Source: Gnetum montanum (lineage: Eukaryota > Plantae > Gnetophyta). Taken from it: a stretch of DNA of 64,000 nucleotides. Below the pieces are notes generated by a model. It had not been told where the DNA came from. It searched no databases and was given only the letters and a program-made list of their open reading frames with translations. The stretch covers positions 140,029 through 204,028 of the forward strand of contig MNCI01001065.1 of the NCBI GenBank assembly GCA_015680685.1. Direction: 5' to 3'. Position 1 is the first letter of the stretch, and each line of letters begins with the position of its first letter. The translations under genes were made by a program, and so were the position numbers. Below, piece by piece: positions 1-13,429 of the stretch.

Positions 1-533
1 GGGTGAAGTGTGTTCATTTCTACTTGAGAACCCTTAGCCACCCAGGAGACCTACTACGATGCCACCAATCAAAGGCACACACACGAAAGTTGAACTGCAC
101 CATGGGCAAAGTTTCCAAAAGGACCATGCTCTTTGGCAGTGCAGCTAATCGGCTAGACTCGTGTTGGAATTCCTACCTCAAGAATGAAGTACACCATGAG
201 CAAAGCTTCCTTTAAAAAAAAGCAAAACAAAAAATGAGGACCATGTTCGTTGGCAGTGTAATAAGTTCTTGAGTGTGATGTGGTCCAGCAACAATCCTCA
301 CCCTAACCTTTGTTTCCCCTTTTAAATTTAAGTTTTTCAAAAAAGAAAAGAAGAAGAAGAAGAAGAAAAACGACCCAAGGAAAAATCTGAAAGTTGTGGC
401 TTACTATGATCTAACATGAGCTTTAGCTCATCCTCCTCATTAAGTTTTGTATAAGTTACTTGCTTAAAATAGTCTACATACTTTTACTGTTACTTTGTGA
501 GAATATTGAGAATGAGAGCTTAAGCACATATCT

Positions 534-534
<1 letters not shown>

Positions 535-562
<28 letters not shown>
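535..562. repeat. (TA)n microsatellite; a (GAA)n tract lies at ~347-367
   Basis: Directly visible. Confidence 0.95.
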
Positions 563-566
<4 letters not shown>

Positions 567-814
567 CACATATATCTATAAATCTTAGTTAAAATAATAA
601 TAAATTATATTTCTAGATTTTAATGGTTGTTTGGATAGCCTATGTCTATGTCTCTTTCGATTATTTGATTATTTTGATCATGTTTAAAACATTATAGTTT
701 AGTTTCAAGTTTGCATTTCTTATTTATGTTGTTTTTGTTTTCTCATCTGTTGCATTTTCATTCAGAATTTTCTAGTTCTTGCACTTACATGCAATCTGTC
801 GTTTGAGGGCTAAG

Positions 815-1972
815 TGTTGAGGCCAACCTCACCCATGCTAGGCATAGGGCCTTGTTTGAACAAGTTTAATATCACAAAAAATCATAAGTAGTACAGTATT
901 GACATGTCAAGCCCTCATGGTCTAAATTAAATGTACTTTCATGGGCTTGAATAACCCATAAATTGTAAAATGCAATGTACCTAGTCAAAGAATGCAACTA
1001 TACAACACACATCCAACTCGTGTATAACTATCCAACACAGATACATTGAACCTGGTCAAAGAATGCAACTATCTAACACACTTCCAACTCGTGCAAACTA
1101 TCCATGGGACACATGTTGCTAGATCTGCTTTCCTCTCATCTCATAACCATTGATTCCATTCTTGAATTTCATGCCCGCGCCCAGTCCAACCCTATAAATA
1201 CCTTGTCAATTCACATAAATAGGGGAGGAGCCAGAGTCTGCAGGAACCATTTTTCGTTCTACTGGCAGGCAACACCGACAGCAGAGGCATTTTCGACAGT
1301 CTTCTCTCTTCTACCAGCAGGCGGCAGAACACGGCAGGAGCGTGAAACACACGGTGAACATCAATAGCAGTTGCAGGCATATTGCAGATGACAGTGTGCT
1401 TGCCCTGCAATAGCAATTGTTGAACGACAATTTTTTGTTTTCTCAGATAGAAACACACACGTTTTCTTTTCTTTTCTGCCCACGCGGCAGAGACCAACAC
1501 CCAACACCGGCGATGCCAATGCAGACACCGTGAGGGGTGTCAGTAGAAGTCTTTCTTTCTGCCTATAAACAAAAACCTAGCAGAGACAGGTTGTATGCAC
1601 ATCGTTTTGTTCTTTATTTATTTTCTTTCAAACAAAAAGACAGATTTTTCTCTCTACCATCTCCAAGCGCAGAAGGAGCCACGGTGGCAGATAACTTTTA
1701 CAGTTTTCAATATTATTATTTGCATTTTATTTTGAATTATTTATTGTACTCTTTTAAATTGCATAAATTATTTAACTTTTCAATATTCTTATTAAATTTA
1801 AAGCTTTTAATATTTTGTTTAAAATATTGTTATTATTGTTTTGTCACATAGCCATTTCCAGCTGAGACTATTCTCAGGTTTCCATACCCATACGGGAGGC
1901 ACCCTAGGTGATAGTCTCCTAAAACGAGTTTTCACAGGTGTTAGCAGCGTGTCCAAAATTTACACATCAACA
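815..1972 (+). mobile_element. Probable 3' LTR of a Tat/Retand-like Gypsy element inserted into the gag of Copia A (1-814 is probably its 3' internal region)
   Basis: TGTTGA...TCAACA termini; purine-rich GAGGGCTAAG just upstream (PPT-like); CTATAAATA near 1192; CpG-rich core. Copia gag resumes right after 1972 as (T)GG AGT ATG TTG ATG AAA GAT ATC = WSMLMKDI. The left boundary and lineage are inferred. Confidence 0.55.
981..1103. repeat. ~71 bp imperfect tandem duplication inside the LTR
   Basis: CT(A/G)GTCAAAGAATGCAACTAT..AACACAC.TCCAACTCGTG starts at ~981 and again at ~1052. Confidence 0.85.
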
Positions 1973-4900
1973 GGAGTATGTTGATGAAAGATATCTAGGC
2001 ACAAAAGGAGTCTAATGAGGCCCTTCAACCTTCAAAACCTACAAGGATGTTAAATGATGATTAAAAAAAGTTGCAAGCAAAAGCACTAACATTGATCTAT
2101 CCCTATTTGAGCAACGGAATTTTGGCATCTCTTTCTAATGAAACAGATCCTCATGTTCTTTGGGTAATGTTGAAAAATAGGTTTGATAAAGCTTCAGGTT
2201 TAAATCAATTTCATATTTATCAAAATGGTTTTAATGTAAAGATGAAAAAATGTGTTTCTTTGCAAAATCATCTAGATGATATAATGGCTACTTTCGTTAA
2301 ATTTGAAGAATATAAAGTGATAATTCTAGAGCTATTAAAGTGCTATGTTGTTTTAAATTCTTTACTTAAATCTTGGAATCCAATTATTATAACCTCTATG
2401 AGTACCAATAATATTTCTTTTGATAAAGTAGTTTCTACTCTTCATGATGCAAAAAAAAGATTGCCTAAAGGATAGGGTCAATCATCAAGTAATGCTTTTA
2501 CAATTTCAAATAGAGGTACATTTAATAAACATGATCAAAGTAGGGGACCTAACCAACGTAGGGAAAGAAGTAAAAGTAGAGGAACTTCTAAAAGTAGGAT
2601 TGAATGCTAATTTTTCCACAAAATTGATCACATGAAGAGGGATTGTCGTGGTTACAAAGATTGAAAAGCATCCTTGCAACAAAAAGAAAAAATATAGTTA
2701 GAAAAATCAAAAAGTAATGCAAGCCCACAAATAAATCACACAGAGGGTGAGATTGCTTTTGATTTTATTGGAACTAAATCATTTACAATATTTTCTTTAA
2801 ACACAACAAAAGATGTTTAGATCATAGACACAAGAGCCTCATTTCATACTTGCCCTGAATCGTCTATTTTTACTTCATATTAGCCAATTTCATTAAGAGT
2901 TGTTTATGCTGCTAATGGTGTTCCTTTAAAAGTTGCTAGTATAGGAAGTGTTATTTTACAACAGCCTTGTTTGCCTAAAATCACTCTTAATAATGTTAGA
3001 CATGTTCCTCAAGTTTCTAAAAAGCTTATTTCTATTTCTCAACTTGATGATTTGGTTTTAAATTTTTCATGTGAAATCAATGGAGAATTACCAAGGGCAT
3101 TCTAGGGTAAAAAGATTGCCACAATATATACTTTAGGAGTTGATATATGTTTGCAGGATGATTCTATAGCTACAGTTGCCACAAGAGGGATACCAATTTA
3201 TGGCATAAATAGTTGGACCATATCATTTATTCTAATTTAAAGGTAATTCAATATCATTTTTGCATTCCCAAATTTGTAGTAAGTTGCACAAAATTTTGCA
3301 AAGATTATGTTGTGGATAAATCAAAAAGGGTGTATTTTTTTATAAATATGGGATGTAGATGAGCTAATCAATTGGAGCTTATTTATTCTAATGTTTGTGG
3401 TCCAATAAATCCAACATCATTAGGTGATTCACTGTGTTTTGTTACTTTCATTGATAATTATAGACAAAAAGTATGGGTATTTCCAATAAAGTCCAAGGAT
3501 GTTGTATTAAATATTTTTAACTTCTTTTTCGTTAAAATAGAGGTACAAACATGTTTAAAGTTGAAATGCTTGCTTACTGATAAAGGTGGTGAATCTAATT
3601 CAAATGCATTCAATGAGTTTTGTAGAGAAAAAGGAATTCAACATATTCGTCCTCTGCCTAGAACTCCAGAAGAAAATGGAGTAGCAAAAAGATGCAATAA
3701 AACGTTGTTAAATGTGCAAGATCTATAATTGTTGGTGTAGGTTTGCCTAAAATTTTTTGGGCTAAGGCTATTATGACTATTGCTTATTTAAGTAATAGAT
3801 CACCACATTCCTCTCTAAATAATGAAGTACGAGAATCTTTGTGGAGTGGAAGACATGTTTCTTATAATCATTTAAAAGTTTTTGGATGTGTTGCTTACAT
3901 GCATATATAAAAGGAAAATAGATCTAAATTTGATGATAAATCAAAAAGATGTATTTTCTGGGTTATGGTGGTGATGATTTGGGTTTTAGATTATGGGATC
4001 CTCAAACAAAGCAATTTGTAAGATCACGAGATGTAAAATTTCAAGAAAATGTAATGTTTAATGATTTTCAAAAGAAAAAGATATTTTATTCTATTACACA
4101 ACAAGTTCCTAGATTTTATTTGTAGTTTAAAACCCCCCAGAATTTTCAAATGAGGATGATGAGAAAAAAACTTATGAGGAGGAAACTCTTGCAGAAAATA
4201 CATCACATGTGGTAAGACATTTAAGTAGAATAATATGTCCTCTTACTAGATTTAAAGATTATATTCTTTATACAAATCGTGGTGAACTTGAAATGGTAAA
4301 AGAAGCTTTTGCAAATCTTGATGCAGTAAAATGGAAGGAAGCTATGAAAAGAGAATGAAATTCACTCCAACAAAAATAGAACTTGGGAATTGATGGAATT
4401 ACCCAAGGGACATAAAGCACTTCAAAATAGATAGATTTTTACTTTAAAGAATGCGGTAAATGGGGAAAATCTTTATAAACCTAGACTTGTAGTTAAAGGT
4501 TATGATTAAAAACCAGGAGTTGATTTTACATAATTTTTTTCTCCAGTTGTTAAGAATTCTTCTATTCGAATTGTTCTTTTATTAGTTTCTTGTTTAAATT
4601 TGGAGTTAGAATAGTTAAATGTTAAAATAGCTTTTTTACGATTTAAATGAAGAAATATATATGCATCAGCCAAAAAGATTTGTTGATCAAAATAAACCTC
4701 ACTATGTGTATTGCTTGAGGAAAAGTTTATATGGCTTAAAATAGGCTCCTATGCAATGGTATAGAAAATTTGTTTCTTTTATGCACAAAATGGATTATTG
4801 TAAAAATGATTTTGATCATTGTGTTTATTTTTCAAATGATAAAATTAAATTTATAATTTTGTTGTTATATGTAGATGATATGCTAATTGCAAGGAAGGAT

Positions 4901-6378
4901 ATATAAAAAATAAAACAACTTAAAATAGAGATGAGTAAACAATTTGCTATGAAGGATTTGAGACAAGCTAAAACAATTCTTGAAATGCATATTTACAGAG
5001 ATAGAAAGTAGAAAAAATTGTGGCTTAGTCAAACTAAGTATACTAGAAAAGTGTTAGAACGTTTTGATATGTCATAAGCAAAATCTATAAATACTTCTTT
5101 GGCTTCTCATTTTCAATTATTTAAGAAAGATTATCCTAGTATAGAAAAAAATTGTCAAAGTAAAAGATATTCCATATACTCCCGCTATTGGCTCTTTAAT
5201 GTATGATATGGTATGCACTCATCCAGTTATAGCACATGTAGTTAGTGTTGTTAGTGGATATATGAATAATTGTGGTTGGAAAGATTGGATTGGTATGAAA
5301 TGGATTCTTAGATACAAATGGAACTCGATCTGCCTATTTATGTTCTGGAAATAATGATTTGAATATTTGTGATTATGTGAATGCAAATTTTGTACTGCAA
5401 GTTACACTTTGGTTTTAGGTAGTGGTGCAATAAGTTGGATGTTAAAACTTCAATCTCTAGTAACTTTGTCCACTACAAAATATGAATATGTGGAATTGAC
5501 AAAAGCATGTAAGGAGATATTATGGTTGTGAATATTTTTACAAGTTCTTGATGTAAAGCAACATAGTTATCAAGTTTTTAGTGACAGCCAGAGTGCCTTA
5601 CATCTAGCAAGAAATTTAGCTTATCATAACAGAACAAAATATATTTATATTAAATACCATTTTATTAGAGATATTGTTGAATCATGTTTAATTAATTTGT
5701 AGAAAATTAGCATGAAGAAAAATGTTGCTAATGCATTAACTAAAGTGGTTGCAAAGGATGTGCATGTTTTTTGCACAAAACAACTTAGAATAGTATAGAC
5801 ATGAGAATGCAACTTGGAACTAGTGCATCTCTAATTTGAAGATTTGTGAGATTTTTCTTTAAGTAAGAGAATTGTTAACTGTCAGTTAATGTGTAAAATT
5901 AAACTATCAATTAATGTAAAGAAAACTCTTCCTTTGTTTTTATCAATTTAAGTTTTCTTTCATAACTTCCAACTTTGTAATCTCTTTTTGAGATATGATT
6001 AGCGTTTTCTAAAATCATCTAAAGTTTTTAATTAAAAAAAAGACTATTGTTTTCTATTATAAATTAAGGGTAAGAAAATGTGTTAAGTAACACCACAACA
6101 ACAACAACAAAGTGTGAAAGGAAGGGCTTAAGAGTGTCATAACAGCAACAAGTTGTGAGAGTTAACAAAGATGGTTTGTGTACTTGGGATATTTTCTCTA
6201 CATAAAGGAAGACCTTTGCATTGGTTCTTGTGATTTTTTATCACTTTAGGGTTTTTCATGTGACCTTTGCATTGGTTCTTGTGATTTTTTATCACTTTAG
6301 GGTTTTTCATGTAAATTTTTGTATGTGTTTTTCTTGTTTTTTCTGTTTCAATTTGTAGATTTAATTAATTTCATAACA
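1973..6378 (+). mobile_element. Copia A: degenerate Ty1/Copia (Tork/Tnt1-like) gag-PR-INT-RT-RH plus 3' LTR; its 5' end lies outside the window
   Basis: gag/UBN2-like ORF 2071-2475; PR remnant IIDTRASFHTCP ~2820; INT LELIYSNVCGP...PRTPEENGVAKRCN 3372-3728; RT YKPRLVVKGY, SLYGLK, LLLYVDDML ~4470-4890; RH SDSQSALHLARN...RTK ~5580-5640; many stops and frameshifts. Confidence 0.93.
5873..6378 (+). repeat. 3' LTR of Copia A, with a 51-bp perfect tandem duplication (6211-6261 / 6262-6312)
   Basis: PPT-like AAGTAAGAGAAT at 5861-5872; TGTTA...TAACA termini; laccase coding sequence follows directly. Confidence 0.85.
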
Positions 6379-7023
6379 CCAAGTTCACAGCCTGCATCAA
6401 CATATCATTTGTGATGCCTTCAATGGCTCTCTTGCAATCTCATTGCAAAGGGCAGATGAAGGGAATTTTCAAGACCAACTTCCCTGACAATCCACCATTT
6501 CCATTCAACTACACATCCACCAATCTGCCAAGCAACCTGAACCAACCCATGAAAGGGACAAGGGTGAAAGTGCTGCCTTTCAAAACAACAGTTGAATTGG
6601 TGTTGCAGGACACAGGCATTCTGGGTACCGAAAGCCATCCTCTGCATTTATATGGCTTCATCTTCTTCATTTTTGGGCAAGGTTTTGGCAACTACAATGA
6701 AACTAGAGATGCTCCAAAATTTAATCTGGCAGACCCTCCTAAAAGAAACACCATTGGAGTACCTCCCGGTGGTTGGGTTGCCCTCAGATTCAGAGCAGAC
6801 AATCCAGGTGAATATTGGATATCTCAGAATATCTGAAATTTCTCTTATGATAGTCTTAATATCGTGGGATAAAGAATTTGAAACTTTTGCAGGCGTATGG
6901 TTCATGCATTGTCATCTTGAGGTGCACACTTAGTGGGCACTCAAAATGGCATGGGTAGTTAAGAACGGCAATGGTCCATCACAGTCAATTCTTCCTCCGC
7001 CTCCGGATCTTCATCCTTGCTAG
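6378..7023 (+). pseudogene. LAC: Laccase (plant multicopper oxidase) pseudogene, last two exons: ~6378-6807 and 6893-7023, with a GT-AG intron at 6808-6892
   Basis: TKFTACINISFVMP...PFNYT...VELVLQDTGILGTESHPLHLYG...[63 protein letters not shown]. The L3 Cu-ligand His is changed to Tyr (6651), there is an in-frame TAG at 6931-6933, and the Copia sits inside the exon. Confidence 0.95.
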
Positions 7024-7587
7024 TTGCTAAGCCCGGATTCATGTCCTCCAAATCTAAAATAACTAGAAATCATTATTTTCTAGCTGACGGCAAACGCCTC
7101 AACCATCTTACACCTTTCTGTTTTTTCTGTTCAAATAGAAGCCTTCTAATGAATGGTTGATCTGCACAATGAGATGAACATTAAGATTCGTTTGATAGAA
7201 GCATTTGAATTGATTTCATAGAAAAGTCATTGAGGACCTTTTGTTTTAGAAAAGATTTTTAGTTGTGTGGATTGGAAAGACGCTTCTTGTACATGAGCAT
7301 AATGAATCCTCGGAACTAAACAATTCAAGTAGCTTTAAAAAATACAGTCTAACCTATGATAACCTTTGGTAAATATTTCCGTAAGAAGTACATTAGAAGA
7401 AACTAGGCTTAACCAAAACTGAGGAATTGAGTTTTTATGTAAATTACATGTTCCTAGAAGTCTGAAAAAATATAGGGATTTACTCAATCGGTCTCTAATA
7501 AAAGGTGTCTTAAAACTTATGATAATGAGTCAATGGATTTTCTCTCAACAACAATGCATGTAGATGGCTTAGAAGCTATGTTTTTTA

Positions 7588-10500
7588 TGTAGCGTGTCAC
7601 CCACTAATGTGCTTTATGCATTAGTTAATGCATGAAAGTGACCACTATGCTCACTAACGTGTTTTATGGGTTAGTTAATGTATAAAAGTGGCCACCATAC
7701 TTACTAACATATTTTTATGAGTTGGTTAATGCATCAATGTGGTCTACATATCCAGTAACGTGTTTTTTACGTGTGGGAATTGGGTCTCTTATGGTAATCA
7801 ATCTCGTGGCTTGTAAATTCATTCTTGATAAGAGAACAAAGGCATCCTGAATCACAACAGGATTGCAATTCTATGAGAGAACAAAGGCATCCCGAATCAT
7901 AGCAGGATTGCAATTCTGATCCCTTTCATAGATGCTTGAAGATTGCATACACCATTGTTGTAGAGCGCCTAGGTGAAAGAAGAATCAGAAAGTCAAATTT
8001 AATCTAAGGCATCAATGGTTGGAGATCAGTTCCATTTGGTCAAGAATTGTGCATTTCCACTTATTTATGCATGTGAATTTCTTGTGCCATTTGTTTCCAC
8101 ATTCTGTACTTTGATTACTTGTGCCATTGGTTTTCTACACCAATTTTTTTCTTACATTTGGTATCAAAGCATTAAATCTTTGTCTTGATGTGGTTTTTTA
8201 CACTGGTGCAATTTGGAAACAATGTTTTTTAATATTTTTGTACTTTATAGTTTGAGGAACACTAGCTTTTAGTTTCTACCTAGTGAAAGCGATTTCACTC
8301 TCACATTTTGTTGCATTCTTGTGCATCGTAAATCTAGAAAATAGAAACCATTGCTACTATGGCAATGAGGATATTTTCTTTTGTTGTTTTGGAGAGCTAA
8401 TTTAGTTGTGTTGTCTACAATTTTTCTTCGTGAAAACTGTATGCTGCATCGTTGACCTGCAATTGCTTGTCATTATGTAAATGTTTTCAAAGGTTGAGCA
8501 CAAAAATGAGCTTGCAATGCTAACACAAATTTCCTACTTTCCGTATACACTTCCTTTAGTTTTGGGTTTTCAATAATGATTTGGTTAAACTTGAGCGATT
8601 TTAAGGCTAATAAATGTCTATTCCCTCTGCACATACAACATTTGTGAATTATGTATGCATTTTTTTCATTTTGGCTTGCATATCAGCATTCATCATTGTT
8701 ATTATAATTTCTAGTGTTTTTCATGTCAACCAATGAATTAGCATCATTTTATAGGATTTTCTTTTTGCACTTTGGCCTCCACATGGGCACCTTGGGCTAA
8801 AATAATTGAATGAATTGTATTTATACCATGTTGAATCTAGTAATTTATCAATTTTATGGATATTTTTGTATATGTATGCATCATTTTCTACATATGAATT
8901 GTAGCAAGTGATCTATATAATTTTGTATGATTAGAGAGTAGCCACAACATCTTTAATTATGCAAAATTATGTACTAAGAGCTTTTGTATCACATATGGTA
9001 CACAACATTAAAAATTATGATTAATCATATGTAATATGATAAANNNNNNNNNNNNNNNNNNNNNNNNNNNNNNNNNNNNNNNNNNNNNNNNNNNNNNNNN
9101 NNNNNNNNNNNNNNNNNNNNNNNNNNNNNNNNNNNNNNNNNNNNNNNNNNNNNNNNNNNNNNNNNNNNNNNNNNNNNNNNNNNNNNNNNNNNNNNNNNNN
9201 NNNNNNNNNNNNNNNNNNNNNNNNNNNNNNNNNNNNNNNNNNNNNNNNNNNNNNNNNNNNNNNNNNNNNNNNNNNNNNNNNNNNNNNNNNNNNNNNNNNN
9301 NNNNNNNNNNNNNNNNNNNNNNNNNNNNNNNNNNNNNNNNNNNNNNNNNNNNNNNNNNNNNNNNNNNNNNNNNNNNNNTAAGGATGAACCACCTACCATT
9401 ACAACAATCACTTGTACAGATGATATTGGTAATTATGAAAAATGGGAGAGATCTAATTGCCTCTGTGTCATGTTCATAAAAACCAAGATCTCAATTAGTA
9501 TGTATGGTTCACTAAAATAGTATGACAATGTGTGCACTTTGTTAAAGGCCATTGATGAACAATTTGAGTTATTAAACAAGGCATTGGCCATCACCTTGAT
9601 AATGAAGTTCTCATCCATGAAGCTCACTAAAATTTGTGGTGTGCATGAGCACATCATGCAAATGAGGGATATACTAGCTCAACTCAAAACACTTGAGGTT
9701 GAGATGTCAGAATATTTCCTTGTGCACTACATCTTAAACATGCTCCCACCACAATATAGACCCTTTAATATTTTTTATAATACACATAAGGAAAAATGGT
9801 CAATCAATGAACTAATGACCATGTTTGTGCAAGAAGAGGGAAGACTTACTATGGAAGCAAAAGAGAGTGTGCATCTAGCTACACAAGAAAGAATAAAGGA
9901 CAAGCCAAAGGCAAGTGAAAGGTCAAATTGCCTACAGAAGTTGATATTAAGAAGGAATCCAGATGTTTTTTTCTTTTTTACAAAAAGAAAGGACACATAA
10001 AGAAGGATTGTTCTAAATATCATAAATCGCTTGAAAAGAAAGGTACTCGACTCTCACTTGTTTGTTTTGAATCTAATATGGTTGATGTTGGCCATGACAC
10101 ATGGTGGATTAATTTTGCTTCTACAATCCATGTTACCAATTCCTTGCAAGGGGTGAAAAACCTAAGGAAGCCCGTGGGAAGTGAGTCATGCATCTATTTA
10201 GGCAATAAGATGCGCTCACATGTGGAGGCAGTTAGAACATGCAAATTAGTTTTAAGTAGTGGTTTTATTTTAAAGTTGGAAAAGACATTTTATATTCCTA
10301 GTCCTTCAAGGAATTTAATTTTTTTTAAGGCTTGTATCATTGGGATTTCCCTTTAATTTTTCAAACACTATATTTAGTTTATATTATAGATCTAAAATTA
10401 TTGGAAATGGTACATTAATAGATGGTCTTTTCAAAATTAATTTGCAAAATGAAACTTCTTATACTTCTATGCATGTTCGTGCCAGCATTAAGAGATGTGT

Positions 10501-13107
10501 TATGCATGTTCCAACTAAACAATAGATACCAAAACCTATTAAAAAGCTTGTTGAACATCATGATCCTCAAGAGAATGATGAAGCAACATTAAGAAGATCT
10601 ACTAGAGTAAGGTGATTAGTGATTCCTAGTGACTATATGGTGTATCTACAAGAATTTGACTACAACATAGGAGCTGAAAATGATCCTAAAACGTTTTCAC
10701 AAGCCATGAGTTGTAAGGAATATAACTTGTGGCATGATGCCATGAAAGATGAAATGAACTCTATGTCATCTAATGGAGTCTGGGATCTTATCAAGTTACT
10801 TGATGGTGTAAAAGCCAATGGATGCAACTAGGTCTTCAAGACTAAGAAAGAGTCATTGGGCAACATTAAAAGATATAAGGTAAGACTTGTTGCTAAAGGG
10901 TTAACTCAAAAAGAGAAAATAGATTACAAGGAGACCTTTTCTCCTATATCTAAGAAGGACTACCTTCATGTTATCATGACATTGATTGCCCATTTTGATC
11001 TTGAATTACATCAAATGGATGTGAAAACAGCATTCCTAAATGGTGATCTATAGGAAGAGGTTTATATGAAACAACCTCAAGGATTTTCCTCTAGTGATGG
11101 TGAGCAATTGGTATGCAAGCTTAAGAAATCCATATATGGATTGAAACAGGCCTCTCATCAATGGTACTTAAAATTCCATGATATAATCACTTCATTTGGT
11201 TTTGAAGAAAACATCATGAATCAATGTATATACCAAAAGGTCAATGTAAGCAAAATTTGTTTCCTTGTCCTATATGTGAATGATATCCTTATTGCAACTA
11301 GTAATAGTGGATTTCTATACGAGGTGAAACATTTTCTCTCTAAGAATTTCAACATGAAGGATATGGATGAGGCATCTTATGTCATTAGCATATAGATCCA
11401 TAGGGACAGATCTATATGTATTCTAGGACTATTGCAGGAAACCTATATTAATAAAGTTTTAGAGAGATTCCGGATAAAAGATTGTTCACCAAGTATAGCA
11501 CCAATTGTGACAGGTGATAGGTTCAATTTGAACCAGTGCCCTAGGAATGATTTAGAGAAAAGTTAGATGAGCAACATTCCATATGCTTCAGCTGTTGGAA
11601 GCCTTATGTATGCTTAGGTCTACATAAGACCTGACATTGCATTTGCTATGGGAATGTTGGGCAAATATCAAAGTAATCTAGGTATTGACCACTGGAGGAC
11701 TACAAAAAAAGTGATGAGATACCTTCAAGGTACAAAAGACTACATGCCTATGTATAAACAAACTAACTCCTTGGAGGTGACTGGCTACAACAACTCAAAC
11801 TTTGCTAGCTGTGTTAATTCACAGAAATCAACATCTAGTTATGTTTTTATGCTAGCTGGAGGAGCTATATCCTAGAAGAGTGGAAATCAAACTTTGATTG
11901 CTACTTCCACCATGGAGGCAGAGTTCATTTCTTGTTTTGAGGCTACTTCACATGGTGTATGGCTAAAGAGTTTCATATCAGGGCTTAGAATTGTGGATTC
12001 TATATCTAGGTCATGAAGAATGTTTTGTGATAATTTAGCTGGTGTCTTTATGGCTAACAATAATAAGAGTGGTAGTCAAAGTAAACACATCAACATCAAG
12101 TACTTAGCCATAAGGGAACGCATTAAGGAAAACAAAGTGGTCATTGTGCATATAAGCATTGAATTAATGATAGTTGATCCTTTGACAAAAGGAATGCCAC
12201 CAAAGTCATGTAGATTGAATGGACTTGGTTCCATAATGTAATCCATTGTACGTACAACTTACAATCTTAATGAAACTCTTATTCACTTGTGTTATTTTCT
12301 CATATGGTTTGTGCATATAGTTATTAGAGAAAATACACATATGGCAGGACCTAGAATAAACATTAGGTTTATTCATAAAGTTAAGTTACCATATAAGGAA
12401 TTATGTTTGAGACATAATGCATTTTAATACATGGAAAATAATACTCACCTTAAGAGAAACTATCGTCATGATTCATGCACTTATTTCTTGAACTTTAGAC
12501 TTGATTAAATATGGAGACCAAGTGGGAGATTGTAACATGTATTACCCACTAACACGCTTTATACATTAGTTAATGCATGAAAGTGGCCACCATGCCCACT
12601 AACATGTTTTATGGGTTATTTACTGCATGAAAGTGGCCACCATGCCCACTAACATGTTTTATGGGTTAATTAATGCATGAAAGTGGCCACCATACCCACT
12701 AATGCATTTTTATGAATTGGTTAACACATCAATGTGGTCTCCATATTTGGTAATGTGTTTTTTACATGTAGGCATTGGGTCTCTTATGGTAACTGATCCC
12801 ATGGCCTATAAGTTTGTTCTGAATGGAAGAACAAAGGCACCACGAATCACAGCAGGATTTTAGTTCTAGTCCCTTTCATAGGTGCTTGAAGATTGCATAC
12901 ACCATCATTGTAGAGCAACTATGTGAAAAGAGAATTAGAAAAGAAAATTTAATCTGAGGCATCAATGGCTGGAGGTCAGTTCCATTTGCTCAAGAATTGT
13001 GCATTTCTAGTTATTTATGCATGTGAACTTTTTGTGTCATTTGCTTCCACATTCTATACTTTGATTACTTGTGCCATTCTAGTTTTCTGCACAAATATTT
13101 TCTTACA
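7588..13107 (+). mobile_element. Copia B: two-LTR Ty1/Copia (TAR-like) with the integrase deleted
   Basis: LTRs 7588-8156 and 12531-13107 (TGTA...TTACA); PBS TGGTATCAAAGC at 8159; PPT AAGTGGGAGAT before 12531; flanks TTTTA/TTTAA (4/5 TSD match). gag 9400-10040 with a CCHC remnant, PR WWINFASTIHV, RT 10700-11750 (YKVRLVAKG, HQMDVKTAFLNG, KSIYGLKQAS), RH 11780-12240. Confidence 0.93.
9044..9378. other. Assembly gap (N run) inside Copia B
   Basis: Run of N. Confidence 1.
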
Positions 13108-13429
13108 TTTAAGCCATGTTATATTTTTAAGTACTTAGCTTTATAGGAAGATTTAAGTTGAAAGAGATAAAATAAGCAAGCACTTTTTTTGAAGTACCAA
13201 CTTTTAAAACTAGATACTTGTCGTTGTAAAAGATAAATTTTTACAAGAAAAGATGGCACTTTGTAACAACATGCTAAGTAGTATATTTAAAATAGTTGTG
13301 AGTTATTTGGTTTAAAAAATCATAAATACAACAATTAAAAATAAAATCAACCTCTTATCCTCTTAATAAGAGAAAGAGCATAATTAACCTCTAAGTATAA
13401 CTTTTATTAATTCTATTATCATGTCACCT

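Noticed and set aside
1965-1986. Hairpin CATCAACA-GGAGTA-TGTTGATG
   Set aside because: Explained by an LTR end next to gag codons (ATG TTG ATG); most likely chance.
6420-6933. Overlapping ORFs 6420-6647, 6509-6691, 6592-6933 and 6648-6905
   Set aside because: Shadow frames of the laccase exons; 6592-6933 only enters the true frame after the intron.
9021-9479. Long poly-X ORFs (also 62997-63996)
   Set aside because: Artefacts of N gaps.
12545-12745. CRISPR-like array (also 16341-16494 and 55318-55398)
   Set aside because: Head-to-tail tandem units with no unique spacers, in eukaryotic TE context with no cas genes.
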